From: Solirubrobacteraceae bacterium
Lineage (GTDB): Bacteria > Actinomycetota > Thermoleophilia > Solirubrobacterales > Solirubrobacteraceae
Length of the DNA: 64,000 nt
Assembly (NCBI GenBank): GCA_036272475.1
Contig: DATAYP010000064.1
Span: forward strand, 4,443 to 68,442
Direction of reading: 5' to 3'
Of the stretch, positions 17,827 to 27,471 are shown in pieces (the stretch's first letter is position 1; every line of letters begins with the position of its first letter). Position numbers and translations under genes: made by a program. The notes beneath the pieces were generated by a model, which worked only from the letters and a program-made list of their open reading frames with translations, ran no database searches and had not been told where the DNA came from.

Positions 17827-18654
17827 TCATGCGGCCGTCGACGGTCGCTCGGGCAGCTGCGCGGCCCACCAGTCGAACGGGACGATCCGCATCGCGAGCT
17901 CGAACGAGCCTCGATCGAGCGACTCGGCGAGCTGGGCGATAGCTACGAGATTTTCGCGTAGCCACTCGTCCTCGACCTGCCCCGCGGCTTGAACCGCCGG
18001 GCTGATACGGCTCAGCCTCGGCCGGCTCAGGTGCTCCTCGAGCGGCTCGGACTCGTCGAGCACGCTCCCCCACCAGTAGAGACGGCTGTAGAGCTCGACG
18101 TGGCGATCGACGATCTCCGCGTAGGTGCCCGAGTTGACCATCACGCCGGCCCAGCGTCCGAGCACCTCCTGGCCGTGACCGAGTAGCCCCGCGATCAGGC
18201 GGTGGAGCTGTACGCGGCGCTCGGCGCCGGCGAGCATCTCATCCATCGCCGCGGCGAGACGCGGCGTGTCGCGGACCGCCTCCGAGCCGGCCGCGAGCGC
18301 CTCGTCCCCGAGATCGCCCTCCGGGACGAGACCGGCGAGCTCGAGCAGGCCGGTCCAGACGAGACGAGCAGCGCCGACGAACTCGAACAGGGCGTACTGC
18401 GCGAGCACGGACCAGCGCTCGCGCTGCCGGCGCTCGAGCACCTCGTTGAGCACCGCCGCGGTCACGGCGACGACGACCAGGCTCGCGACGAGGCCCGCGA
18501 AGAGCGTGTGCCGCGACCAGAACCCGTCATCGGCGAGGTCCCACGCGATCGCGCCGAGAAGCGCGAGCAGGCTGAGAGCGCCGAGCATCCGCGTCACGTG
18601 CACGTACTTCCGAAGCGAATCGGTGCGGCGCGGGCCGACAGCGTGACGAGCCAT
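17827..18654 (-). CDS. hypothetical membrane protein (two N-terminal TM helices plus a helical cytoplasmic part)
   Basis: 275-aa ORF with hydrophobic segments LGALSLLALLGAIAW and LFAGLVASLVVVAVTAAVL. No family recognised. Confidence 0.5.
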   Translation of the reverse strand: MARHAVGPRRTDSLRKYVHVTRMLGALSLLALLGAIAWDLADDGFWSRHTLFAGLVASLVVVAVTAAVLNEVLERRQRERWSVLAQYALFEFVGAARLVWTGLLELAGLVPEGDLGDEALAAGSEAVRDTPRLAAAMDEMLAGAERRVQLHRLIAGLLGHGQEVLGRWAGVMVNSGTYAEIVDRHVELYSRLYWWGSVLDESEPLEEHLSRPRLSRISPAVQAAGQVEDEWLRENLVAIAQLAESLDRGSFELAMRIVPFDWWAAQLPERPSTAA

Positions 18655-18666
18655 GTCTTGGCGGGC

Positions 18667-18990
18667 TCAGAGCGGTGGCGGCGAGCTCTCGCCGAAGCTT
18701 GCGACGAGCCGGTAGAAGTGCCTGTGGCTGCTGGCGATCTTTCGGACCTCGCGGTAGGCCTGCTGGACGTCCGCAGCATCTGTCATGCGACGGCGGTCCT
18801 CGGCGCTTTGCATGCGGATCTCCATCAAGACCGTGCCGCCGTTGGCGCTCTCGTAGATCTGCGCCGAGACGAAGCCGGGCTGTTTGGGGATGAGCCGCTG
18901 GAAGTTCTCGGTCAGGACCCGGACGAGCTCGTGCTGTCGCGCCGAATCGACCGTCCAGACATCGATGAGGATCGGTGATTCCATGGTCAC
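18667..18990 (-). CDS. antibiotic biosynthesis monooxygenase (ABM) family protein
   Basis: 107 aa. The sequence ILIDVWTVDSARQHELVRVL...PGFVSAQIYESANGGTVLMEIRMQS fits the dimeric alpha/beta-barrel ABM pattern. Confidence 0.7.
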   Translation of the reverse strand: MTMESPILIDVWTVDSARQHELVRVLTENFQRLIPKQPGFVSAQIYESANGGTVLMEIRMQSAEDRRRMTDAADVQQAYREVRKIASSHRHFYRLVASFGESSPPPL

Positions 18991-19075
18991 CTTCTATATC
19001 AGCGTCAGATCCCCGGGGGATTTGGCAGGGAAGCGCACCGGCCCGACCCAGACGGGCATGTTCCCCAGGTCCGAA

Positions 19076-20488
19076 TCAGATACCGAACTCGGCGAGAACT
19101 TCGCCGGCGGCCACCGCATCGTCAAGTCGCTGGTGGTCGCGTTCGTTCTGGTCGGCGTAGGCCGCCGAGAAGCGCGCGACCGCCCTGTCGAAGTTCGACC
19201 CGCGGCCCAGGTAGCCGGCGATCGCAAGCCTGTCGCCCGAGCGCGCGTGCGCGCGGGCGAGCGACCAGCCACAGGCTCGCGTGTAGGCGTGCAGCCCCGT
19301 CTCGCTCAGCGTCGAGAGATCGGCCGACGCCTTCCAGTCCCACAGCTGGCGCACGTAGAAATCGTGCTCCTGGCCCTGAAGGTCTTCGCTGCGCTGCCAG
19401 CCGAGGAAGATGTCGCTGACAGCCTGTGAGATCTGCTGGCCGCGTACGACGCGCTCGCCGCTGTTCTCGAATTCGCTCGCGCCGAGATACGGCTCGAGCA
19501 CCGAGGGCTGCGCCTCCTTGGCCTGCAGCACGAGCGGGTCGCTCCCCTCGCGCCCAACGAGGAGGAACACCCAGGCGCGCGTGCCGACGCTGCCAACGCC
19601 GACGACCTTGCGCGCCATGTCGACGAAGCGATAGGTGCTGAAGAGGTAGCGATGGTCGGGCTCGAGGCTCGCCACGTACTCATCGAGCAACTCCTGCACC
19701 CAGCCGGTCTCGTCGCGCGCGTCGGCGGGATCGAACAGCTCGCGCAGCGGCACGAGCAACGGAGGGACGCTGCGAAACCGCAGCTCGCCGTCGACGCGCT
19801 CGGTGAGCTTCTTCACAGCTCGCAGGCTCGTCTTGCGCCGCGCCTTGGCGAACGGCTTGGCGAACACGATCCGGCCCTTCGCTCCCAGTTTCCCGCCGAA
19901 GCGGTCGACGAGCTCGCTGGCGTTGATGCGCTCATACCACACGTCGAGATGGCTCTCCCTGGCAAAGGCGCGCATCCCCTCGCGGTACTCCCGCACGCAA
20001 TCGGTCACGATCCAGCGCCGCCGGTCGGCCGGCAGGCCGTCGTCGCGGCCCGCGATCTCGGCGCTCGCGGCCAGCCGCTTGACATCCCACTCCCACGGCC
20101 CGGGGAGCGTCTCGTCGAAATCGTTCGGTCCGAAGATCAGCCTGCGGTCCGGCGCCGCGAAGCCACCGAAGTTCGAGAGGTGCGCGTCGCCGCAGGCCTG
20201 CACGAAGATGCCCGAGTCCGGCGTCTTGGCCAGGTCGGCCGCCATGATCGCCGCTGCGCCGCGGTAGAAGGTGAACGGCGAGACGAGCATCCGTCCGTAG
20301 CGGATCGGCACGAGCTCCTGTACCCGCGTAGCTGCCTGAGCGGTGAGCACGGCAATCGGGTCGGGGCGGTCGCGAGCCGGCGCCCAATCGCCGTGGACCG
20401 AACGCGGCGCGGGCCGCCGGGCAGCCCGTCCGCGCTCTGCCGACTCCCCGGATTGCAGCCTTGACTGAGGCGAGTCAGTCATTTCCAT
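19076..20488 (-). CDS. DUF2252 domain protein
   Basis: Motifs: VPIRYGRMLVSPFTFYRGAA, CGDAHLSNFGGFAAPDRRLIFGPNDFDETLPGPWEWDVKRLAAS. Confidence 0.8.
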   Translation of the reverse strand: MEMTDSPQSRLQSGESAERGRAARRPAPRSVHGDWAPARDRPDPIAVLTAQAATRVQELVPIRYGRMLVSPFTFYRGAAAIMAADLAKTPDSGIFVQACGDAHLSNFGGFAAPDRRLIFGPNDFDETLPGPWEWDVKRLAASAEIAGRDDGLPADRRRWIVTDCVREYREGMRAFARESHLDVWYERINASELVDRFGGKLGAKGRIVFAKPFAKARRKTSLRAVKKLTERVDGELRFRSVPPLLVPLRELFDPADARDETGWVQELLDEYVASLEPDHRYLFSTYRFVDMARKVVGVGSVGTRAWVFLLVGREGSDPLVLQAKEAQPSVLEPYLGASEFENSGERVVRGQQISQAVSDIFLGWQRSEDLQGQEHDFYVRQLWDWKASADLSTLSETGLHAYTRACGWSLARAHARSGDRLAIAGYLGRGSNFDRAVARFSAAYADQNERDHQRLDDAVAAGEVLAEFGI

Positions 20489-20675
20489 CCTGGCGGGGAC
20501 GATACCGGCGTCGGTCCTCGGTGGTGGCCGGCGCGCCGCGCCGCCGGGGTCCACGGCACAGGCGGCGACGGATCGACGCGCTGGTCTCTCGATTAGAGAT
20601 CTAAGCGTTTGATATCGTTGCTTTCGCCATCGTCAGATGGTCCCCGCCCCCGACAGGCCTCGAAAGGACCCCGAC

Positions 20676-21464
20676 ATGAACGGCAGCTTGACCAACCGGG
20701 TGGCGCTGGTCACCGGAGCAAGTCGTGGCATCGGCGCGGCCACGGCGCGCGCCCTTGCCCGGAAGGGCGCCGCCGTCGCGCTGGCAGCGCGCGACGCGGA
20801 TCGGCTGGACGCCCTCGTCGCGGAGATCACCGAAGCGGGCGGGCGAGCGCTCAGCGTCCCGGTGGATGTCGGCGATGCCGACGCCGTCGAGGGGATGGTC
20901 GCGCGCACGGTGGACGCCTTCGGCCGCCTCGACATCGCGTTCAACAACGCCGCCGGCGGGGGGCACCCCCCCACACCCCTCCCCGATGTCGGCGTGCACG
21001 AGTTCGACAGCGCCTTCGCGATCAACCTCCGCGGAACGTTTCTCTGCCTCAAGCACGAGATCCCCGCGATGCTCTCGAGCGGCGGAGGCTCGATCGTGAA
21101 CATGACCTCCACGGCGGGCCTCGAGGGGGTCGGCGGGCTGGCTGCCTACGTCTCGACCAAGCATGGGATCGTCGGGCTCACGAAGGTGGCCGCGCTCGAG
21201 TACGCCGCCCGCGGCATCCGCGTCAACGCCGTCGCGCCCGGACCGATCCTCACCGAGCAGCTCGAGCGAGCGGGCGCGAGCGCGCAGCAGGGAGCGGCGC
21301 AGGCGATGCCCATGAAGCGCGTGGGACGGCCCGAGGAGGTCGCCGCGGCGGTCGCCTGGCTGTGCAGCGACGGGGCATCCTTCATCACGGGCGCGACCAT
21401 CCCGATCGACGGCGGCAAGCTCGCCGGGATGGCGCCGTTCGCGCGGATGGCGCCCGCGGATTGA
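20676..21464 (+). CDS. SDR family oxidoreductase
   Basis: Motifs: VALVTGASRGIG, NNAAGGG, YVSTKHG (YxxxK), IRVNAVAPGPI. Confidence 0.9.
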   Translation: MNGSLTNRVALVTGASRGIGAATARALARKGAAVALAARDADRLDALVAEITEAGGRALSVPVDVGDADAVEGMVARTVDAFGRLDIAFNNAAGGGHPPTPLPDVGVHEFDSAFAINLRGTFLCLKHEIPAMLSSGGGSIVNMTSTAGLEGVGGLAAYVSTKHGIVGLTKVAALEYAARGIRVNAVAPGPILTEQLERAGASAQQGAAQAMPMKRVGRPEEVAAAVAWLCSDGASFITGATIPIDGGKLAGMAPFARMAPAD

Positions 21465-21529
21465 CGCCGTCGAGGCCGCGCCGCGCACGAACCGCTCGCA
21501 GAGAGGCGCGGCTCCGATCCGCGCTCCGG

Positions 21530-21961
21530 TCAGGAAGGTGCCGCGTTCGCGATCAGGCGCTCGAGCAGTTGCTCGAGTTGCGCGAGCTGCGCGCCGTCGA
21601 GACCCTTCCGCAGGCGCCGGTCGAAGGCCATCGCCGCCTTGCGCAGGCGCTGGAAAAGCGCCTCGCCCTCGACGGTCAGCTCCACGAGGTGCACGCGACG
21701 GTTGCCCGGATCGCGGCGGCGCGTCAGGAGCCCGGCATCCTCCATCGCATTGAGATGATGCGTGAGCGTCGCCCCCTGTATGCCGACGGACTCCGCGAGC
21801 GCGCGCTGGTTGGCCGGCGGCTGTGCCTTCAGCGAGAGCAGTACGAGCCACGTCGAGGTGGAACCGCCGGCGGCGGCGAGCGCGTCCTCGAACGCCCGTC
21901 CGACCGACTTCGAGGCGCGCGCCAGCGCGAGCCCGATCGGCGGACGGGGAGGTCCGGGCAT
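21530..21961 (-). CDS. MarR family transcriptional regulator
   Basis: Winged helix: QRALAESVGIQGATLTHHLNAMEDAGLLTRRRDPGNRRVHLVELTVEG. Confidence 0.85.
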   Translation of the reverse strand: MPGPPRPPIGLALARASKSVGRAFEDALAAAGGSTSTWLVLLSLKAQPPANQRALAESVGIQGATLTHHLNAMEDAGLLTRRRDPGNRRVHLVELTVEGEALFQRLRKAAMAFDRRLRKGLDGAQLAQLEQLLERLIANAAPS

Positions 21962-22081
21962 CGGCGCATCATATCGCCGACCGATAGCGATCGAACCGTT
22001 CGACGTTGAGTGCGCATCGACCGCGGTTGAGCGGCACGCCGAACTGGGTAGGCTCCGGTATCAAGGAAGAGGAGGGGAACG

Positions 22082-22369
22082 TTGGCGTTCATCAGGATCG
22101 TGCGGCCACCGCAGCTCAGCCAGGAGGTATACGACTCTGTCACGTCCGAGCTCGACCTCGAGCGCGAGCACCCGCTGGGGCTGATCTCCCACGCCGCCGG
22201 CGAGGCCGAGGGCTGCTGGCAGATCGTGGAGATCTGGGAGTCGGAGGACTACGCCCAACGCTTCGATCGAGAGCGCCTGGCTCCCGCGGTCGAAGCGGTG
22301 ACGGGGCGTCCGCCTCGGGGCGACGCGCAGACCATCGGGTTCGAGCTGCACGGTCTGGTCACGCCTTGA
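22082..22369 (+). CDS. small ABM/EthD-like alpha+beta barrel protein (tentative)
   Basis: 95 aa with a TTG start after GAGGAGGGG, divergent from the MarR gene. The WQIVEIWESEDYAQRF pattern is typical of this fold. Confidence 0.6.
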   Translation: MAFIRIVRPPQLSQEVYDSVTSELDLEREHPLGLISHAAGEAEGCWQIVEIWESEDYAQRFDRERLAPAVEAVTGRPPRGDAQTIGFELHGLVTP

Positions 22370-22470
22370 GCCCGTCGTGGCCGAGCCGGAGGAGCCCTTT
22401 TTTCCCGCATAGAGCGAATCTTCTGTCGCGGCCGACGTGCCTGTCGCCGCTGTGAGGTTAGTTTCGAGGC

Positions 22471-23088
22471 ATGCGTCTTGCGACCCGCATCCCCGATTCG
22501 GCCTCGGGACCCCTTCCGCAGACACAGGCCGCCCTGGATTACGCGACGACGGTCCACCGCGGACAGCGGAGAGATGACGGTGCGCCGTTCGTGGAGCACC
22601 TTCTCGACGTCGCGGCGCTGCTCTACGGGGTGGCCGCTCCGGACCACCTGATCGCGGCCGGCGCCCTGCACGACGTCCTCGAGAAGACTCCCGCGACCGC
22701 TTTCGACCTGCGGCGGCGCTTCGGGAGCACGATCGCCTCGCTGGTGCTCGCGGTGACCGAGGACGAGCGCATCGACGGCTACAACGAGCGCAAGCGTGCG
22801 CTTCGCCGGAAGGTCGCGGCTGCCGGCGACGAGGCTCTGATCCTGTTCGCTGCGGACAAGGTCTCGAAGGCTCGTGAGCTGCACGCGCAGCCCGTGCCGT
22901 CCTGGGGACGTGCGAGGCGCTCCCGGCTGCGCCGGCTGGCGCACTACGAGCGATGCCTGGCCCTCCTGCAGGAGCGGCTGCCCGATTCACCGCTCGTGCT
23001 CCAGCTGCGCATCGAGCTTGCACGGTTGCCGAGGCGTCCGTCGCTCTCGCTGATCTTCGGCCGGCGCGCGGAGCAGGCCCAGCTCTAG
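22471..23088 (+). CDS. HD domain protein (RelA/SpoT-type (p)ppGpp hydrolase-like)
   Basis: Motifs: YATTVHRGQRRDDGAPFVEHLLDVA, AGALHDVLEKT, ILFAADKVSKAREL. Confidence 0.8.
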   Translation: MRLATRIPDSASGPLPQTQAALDYATTVHRGQRRDDGAPFVEHLLDVAALLYGVAAPDHLIAAGALHDVLEKTPATAFDLRRRFGSTIASLVLAVTEDERIDGYNERKRALRRKVAAAGDEALILFAADKVSKARELHAQPVPSWGRARRSRLRRLAHYERCLALLQERLPDSPLVLQLRIELARLPRRPSLSLIFGRRAEQAQL

Positions 23089-23132
23089 CACTCCCGCGAC
23101 GGCACGAGGGGCCCGGCGGCCCGCACGCGGCC

Positions 23133-24377
23133 TCAGCGGCCTGCCGCGCGCTTCTGCCAGGCCTGCGTCATCGCGATGCGCTGGGAGATCGTCGGGTGAT
23201 CGGCGTAGAGCACGTACGCCCACGCGGGCGGCTCCGGGTCCGAGAGGCTCGTCGTCGCCAGCCGTGCGAACAGGCTGCGTGCAGTCGCGGGTTCGTGGGT
23301 CGCCTGCAGCGCCGACCAGTCCGCCTCGGTCTCCTCGTGGCGCGAGACGAGCGTCCAGAGCGGGAGCGTGAGCAGCTGGAGTGCGACGAACACGAGCAGC
23401 GCGAGTGGCACGGCCTCCGGACGGGCGAGGCCTCCCCGCCGGCGCGTCGCCAGCGCGACGAGTGCCGTGGCGGGAAGCAGGAACAGGGCAAGCCAGCCCA
23501 CGCGCCGCAGGAGGTGGCCGTGGGCGATGTGACCGAGCTCGTGCGCCGTGACGATTCGTATTTCCTTGCGGCTGAAGCGCCCGTCGAGCAGCGTGTCCCA
23601 GAGCACGACGCGACGCGTCGGGCCGAGCCCGACGGCCTCGGCGTTCGGCGCGGTCACCGACCGGGAGACGGTCTGCTCGAGGACTTTCGTGTCGGGGACT
23701 CGCTCGATCACCGCCAGCGAGCGGGCATCGGCGGCGACCGTCGGGTCGCGCAGCCCGTGCGTGTTAGGGATCAGATAGATGCTGAGGAAGGTCGAGAGCA
23801 GCGCCAGGCCGGCAAACAGCGGGGCGGCCGCGAGCCACCACCACCTGCGGAGCGCACCCGCCAGGGCCATTGCGATCGCGAGCGCCAGCGCTACGAAAAG
23901 GAAGCGACCACCCAGTGCAAAGAAGCTGCTGAACAGGGAGGCGACGTAGCCCTCGTGGGAGACGCCGTGGCGGCGCTCCCACCAGACCGCGGCGAGCCCG
24001 AACGGCACCTGCGCGAGCCACACGAGCGCGAAGCCGAGCATCCCGAGGAGGATCCCCGAGCCGATCCGCCCGGCAGCGGACTCGCGCAGCAGGCGATGGC
24101 CGCGCCAAGCGTACGCGGCGAGCACTGCGAGCAGCGTCACGCTCGCGAGGAGCTCGTCGATCTCGAGGAAGCGATCGAACGAGGCGCTCGCTCGCAGGAA
24201 GCTGCTCGAGAAGAAGCGATGGGGATCGACCCTCGGGAGCGGCAGACCGCCGGGGACGCTCGAACGCCACAGCTCATGCGCGGCGAGCGCCCACAGGCCC
24301 GCGGCGGCGACGAGCGCGATCGCGGCAACCACGAGGACGGGGCCTCGGCGGCCAGCGCGATCGCCGAGCCCCGGCAC
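23133..24377 (-). CDS. M48 family membrane metalloprotease
   Basis: HELGH motif (TAHELGHIAHGH) plus a downstream ETEAD, with several N-terminal TM helices. The GTG start lies 8 nt after the upstream stop. Confidence 0.8.
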   Translation of the reverse strand: MPGLGDRAGRRGPVLVVAAIALVAAAGLWALAAHELWRSSVPGGLPLPRVDPHRFFSSSFLRASASFDRFLEIDELLASVTLLAVLAAYAWRGHRLLRESAAGRIGSGILLGMLGFALVWLAQVPFGLAAVWWERRHGVSHEGYVASLFSSFFALGGRFLFVALALAIAMALAGALRRWWWLAAAPLFAGLALLSTFLSIYLIPNTHGLRDPTVAADARSLAVIERVPDTKVLEQTVSRSVTAPNAEAVGLGPTRRVVLWDTLLDGRFSRKEIRIVTAHELGHIAHGHLLRRVGWLALFLLPATALVALATRRRGGLARPEAVPLALLVFVALQLLTLPLWTLVSRHEETEADWSALQATHEPATARSLFARLATTSLSDPEPPAWAYVLYADHPTISQRIAMTQAWQKRAAGR

Positions 24378-24385
24378 CGGCTCGC

Positions 24386-25657
24386 TCAGTCCACGAGCGC
24401 TGGCGTCGACGCCGGCGCCAGCGCTGTGAGTCCGGGCATCCGGCACGGTCCCGTGTACGGGTAGGCGTCTGTCAGCAGGAACGTGTAGCCGTTCACCTGA
24501 GCCGTGTAGCGCAGCGCGTGCGCTCCGGCGTTGCGCAGACTCCGCGGCATCCTGCCGGTCACGAGCGCTGCGAACCACGCGAGGAAAGCCACCGTCCAGA
24601 GCACCGACCCATACGCCGAGGCGGCAAGCCACGCGGGCAGCGCGAGCAGCAGCCGGAACGCGACGGTCCAGCGGTTCTGGCGCGCTCGCGCCGCGACCTC
24701 GAGTTCGGCGGGGTAGCTGTCGGCGCGCCCTACGAAGCCCGGGAAGGGGTTGACGACGAGCAAGATGAACGCGTACACGTGGGTCTGGTAGCGAACGTAC
24801 GCTGCGAGGAAGCGGTGAAGAGCCTCCGGCGACTCTCCACGCACGAGCGTCGCCAGCCAGTTCGCGATCGCGACGAGGAACGCGAGGACCGCCCACAGCG
24901 TCAGCCACACGAGGTGCGGGAACGCGAGCAGCAGCCTGAAGAAGACCGTCAGGCGGCTGCGCCGCAGGTCGTCGTCGATCCGCATCGCGATCGGGTCATC
25001 GCGGCTCGGGAGCTCGCCGAGCAGGACCTCCGGGTCGCAGTCGGGATAGCGGCTCGTGAGCACCAGCAGGTAGGCCCAGAGCTGTGCGCCGTACGCGACC
25101 CCCCAAGCGACCGCGTCGCGCAGTCCCCGTGGCATCCGCCTGGCCGCGAGGGCGGCGAACCAGCCGAGGATCGCGGCTATGTGCGCAACCCCGAACGCGT
25201 AGTAGAACGTGCCGCCGCCGCGTCCCGAGCCCAAGCGGTTGTATCCCGCGCTCGGCGCCCCGAAGAGCGAGGCGACGAGGAGCAGCGCGGGCAGCGCGAG
25301 CAGCAGGCGGAAGGCGACGGTCAGGCGACGCTGGCGCTCGGGCACGGCGATCTCCACGTCGACCGGGTATCCGGGCCGCCCGTCGAACTGCGGATACGGG
25401 TCCGCCGCCAGGTACAGGTACGAGTAGACGTGCGTCGCATATTTCACGTAGAGCGACAGGAAGCGATGGAGCCCCTCCGGCGGACGGCCGACCACCAGCG
25501 TCGCGGTCCAGTTGGCGAGCGCCGCGAAGAAGGCGCCGACGCTCCAGATCCCGAGCCAGATGCTGTGCGGGATCACCAGGATCAGGCGAAAGCCGACGGT
25601 CAGCCGCTTGCGGGCGAGGTCGTCGGTGACGACCAGACGGACAGGATGCTCGCTCAT
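24386..25657 (-). CDS. DUF4389 membrane protein with four tandem DUF4389-like repeats
   Basis: Repeated blocks: R(L/W)TV(G/A/F)FRL(I/L)L(V/A)(I/L/F)P..(I/L/V)W and WFAAL..(R/G)RMPR(G/S)LR. The two halves are clearly homologous. Confidence 0.8.
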   Translation of the reverse strand: MSEHPVRLVVTDDLARKRLTVGFRLILVIPHSIWLGIWSVGAFFAALANWTATLVVGRPPEGLHRFLSLYVKYATHVYSYLYLAADPYPQFDGRPGYPVDVEIAVPERQRRLTVAFRLLLALPALLLVASLFGAPSAGYNRLGSGRGGGTFYYAFGVAHIAAILGWFAALAARRMPRGLRDAVAWGVAYGAQLWAYLLVLTSRYPDCDPEVLLGELPSRDDPIAMRIDDDLRRSRLTVFFRLLLAFPHLVWLTLWAVLAFLVAIANWLATLVRGESPEALHRFLAAYVRYQTHVYAFILLVVNPFPGFVGRADSYPAELEVAARARQNRWTVAFRLLLALPAWLAASAYGSVLWTVAFLAWFAALVTGRMPRSLRNAGAHALRYTAQVNGYTFLLTDAYPYTGPCRMPGLTALAPASTPALVD

Positions 25658-25662
25658 CTGGT

Positions 25663-26715
25663 TCAGCCGGCGAGCGCGGGCGACGGCGCACGGCCGTCGA
25701 GGAGGCTCCTCGCGCAGTCGACGATCGTCTCCTCGATCGGACGCGGCGTCCAGCCGGCGCGTCGCCTGGCGTTCTCGACCGAGTAGGTCGTCCTCTGCCC
25801 GAGCTCGCCGACGACCGATCGGATCTCCGGGTCGAAGCGCGCCATGACCCGCACGGCGAGGTCGGGCACGCGCCTCCGCGGCACCTTTCGCGCCTGCTCT
25901 CCGAGTTCGCGTCGGAGTATCGCGCCCACATCGCTGAGCCACAGGAACCATGGAGCTGCGATCAGCCGCTGGCCGGCAGCCTCGGGAGCTGTCATCGCAG
26001 CGACCTCGAGCGCGGCGACGTCGCGGACGTCGACGAAGCTGAAGCCGAGCCGCGGCACGCCCGGCATGCGCCCGGTGAGCATCCGCTCGACGGCCTGCAG
26101 CGAGTAGGAGCGGTCTGCTCCCAGCAGCGGGCCGATGATCGCCCCGGGCTGCACCGTCACCAGTCGCTCGCCGGCATCGCGGCTCCGCACGTAGTCCCAG
26201 GCGGCGAGCTCGGCGATCGTCTTCGAGCGCGTGTAGGGCGTGAGGCGCGTGTCCTGCGGATCGCTCCAGTCTGCCTCTGTCAGCGCTCGGCCATCCGAGC
26301 TCTCCGCGGCGGCGCCGTTGCGGACCGCGGCGACCGAGGAGGTCACCACCACGCGCTTGACACCGGCATCGAGGCTCGCGCGCAGTACGCGCAGCGTGCC
26401 CTCGCGGGCTGGGACGATCAGCTCGTCGGCATCCTTCGGCTGCGACGGGGGAAACGGCGATGCGACGTGCAGCACGTAGTCGCAACCGTCCACCGCCTCG
26501 GCCCATCCCGTATCCGAGGTCAGGTCGGCGGCGTGGAAGGTGAGCCGATCGCCCATGTCGACCTGGGATCCCACGCCGGCGCTGACCTCACTCGCGCGGG
26601 CGAGGTCACGGACGGTCGCACGCGCTCTGTATCCCTGCCTCAGCAGCTCCACGAGGCACCAGCCGCCGAGGAAGCCCGACCCGCCCGTCACCAGCACCGT
26701 CTGCTCTCCCGCCAT
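25663..26715 (-). CDS. NAD(P)-dependent epimerase/dehydratase-fold reductase (aldehyde/cinnamoyl-CoA reductase-like SDR)
   Basis: AAGGGAG RBS. Motifs: VLVTGGSGFLGGW, YVLHVASP, YTRSK (YxxxK). Confidence 0.85.
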   Translation of the reverse strand: MAGEQTVLVTGGSGFLGGWCLVELLRQGYRARATVRDLARASEVSAGVGSQVDMGDRLTFHAADLTSDTGWAEAVDGCDYVLHVASPFPPSQPKDADELIVPAREGTLRVLRASLDAGVKRVVVTSSVAAVRNGAAAESSDGRALTEADWSDPQDTRLTPYTRSKTIAELAAWDYVRSRDAGERLVTVQPGAIIGPLLGADRSYSLQAVERMLTGRMPGVPRLGFSFVDVRDVAALEVAAMTAPEAAGQRLIAAPWFLWLSDVGAILRRELGEQARKVPRRRVPDLAVRVMARFDPEIRSVVGELGQRTTYSVENARRRAGWTPRPIEETIVDCARSLLDGRAPSPALAG

Positions 26716-26848
26716 CGGTCCGCTCCCTTGGTTGGCGCTGTCAGCCACCTGCGCGACGAGACGCCGCGGTGCGAGGGATACCACGCTCAGGCCGAAGGCG
26801 ACGTCTGGCGGCTCTGTGCCCGTGTGCGCGCGGCCCCGCGGCTCGCCG

Positions 26849-27043
26849 TCAGCGCCGGTCGACGTGAACCGATCGCGCCCGCTCCACGGCGGCGATCAGC
26901 GACGTGCGCCTGCGCGCGCGTGGTTCGACACCCGGAATCGAGCCACCCTCGGCGCGCCGCACGTCCTGCGCGGCCTCGAGGAGCTCCTGTACATATCGCT
27001 GAATCGTCGCCGAGGTCGCCCGGCGATGTCCGCCTGAAGTCAT
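26849..27043 (-). CDS. small hypothetical protein (64 aa)
   Basis: GGCGGAG lies 5 nt before the ATG. No recognisable domain. Confidence 0.3.
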   Translation of the reverse strand: MTSGGHRRATSATIQRYVQELLEAAQDVRRAEGGSIPGVEPRARRRTSLIAAVERARSVHVDRR

Positions 27044-27261
27044 GTTTCTCCGCCTTTCGTGTGGCGCTCGCACCCCGCCGTGCTGCGCGTGGCGGATCTC
27101 AGAGCTGTGGGCCATGCAGGTAAGACACCGGCCGGCAAAGACCCTTCCCCACGCGGTGAGAAATCGACGTTGGGGACGGTGACGAGCCGCTCACTGCTCC
27201 ATTTCGGCCAACCGCCCCCGTCCCCGGCGCGTTCGCGATCACGCCGGCGCAACCGGAACCG

Positions 27262-27471
27262 TCACGCGTTTCCGTCGCCGTCGCTCGAGCCGCCGTTGTT
27301 GTCGGTGTCCCTGTCTCCGCCGTTGTGCTGCGGAATGGCACTCGAGGAGTGGTGCGAGCGGTGGTGATGGCGATGGTGCGTCGCGGCACCCGCCGGAATT
27401 GCTGTGACCGCGCTTGCGCCCAGGACGAGCGCTGCCGCAGTGATGACTCTGACGAAACGGCTGATGGACAT
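27262..27471 (-). CDS. small secreted His-rich / Asp-Gly-Asn-rich peptide (69-aa precursor)
   Basis: Signal peptide MSISRFVRVITAAALVLGASAVTAIPAGA, then ATHHRHHHRSHHSSS...GGDRDTDNNGGSSDGDGNA. GAAAGG lies upstream of the ATG. Confidence 0.55.
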   Translation of the reverse strand: MSISRFVRVITAAALVLGASAVTAIPAGAATHHRHHHRSHHSSSAIPQHNGGDRDTDNNGGSSDGDGNA

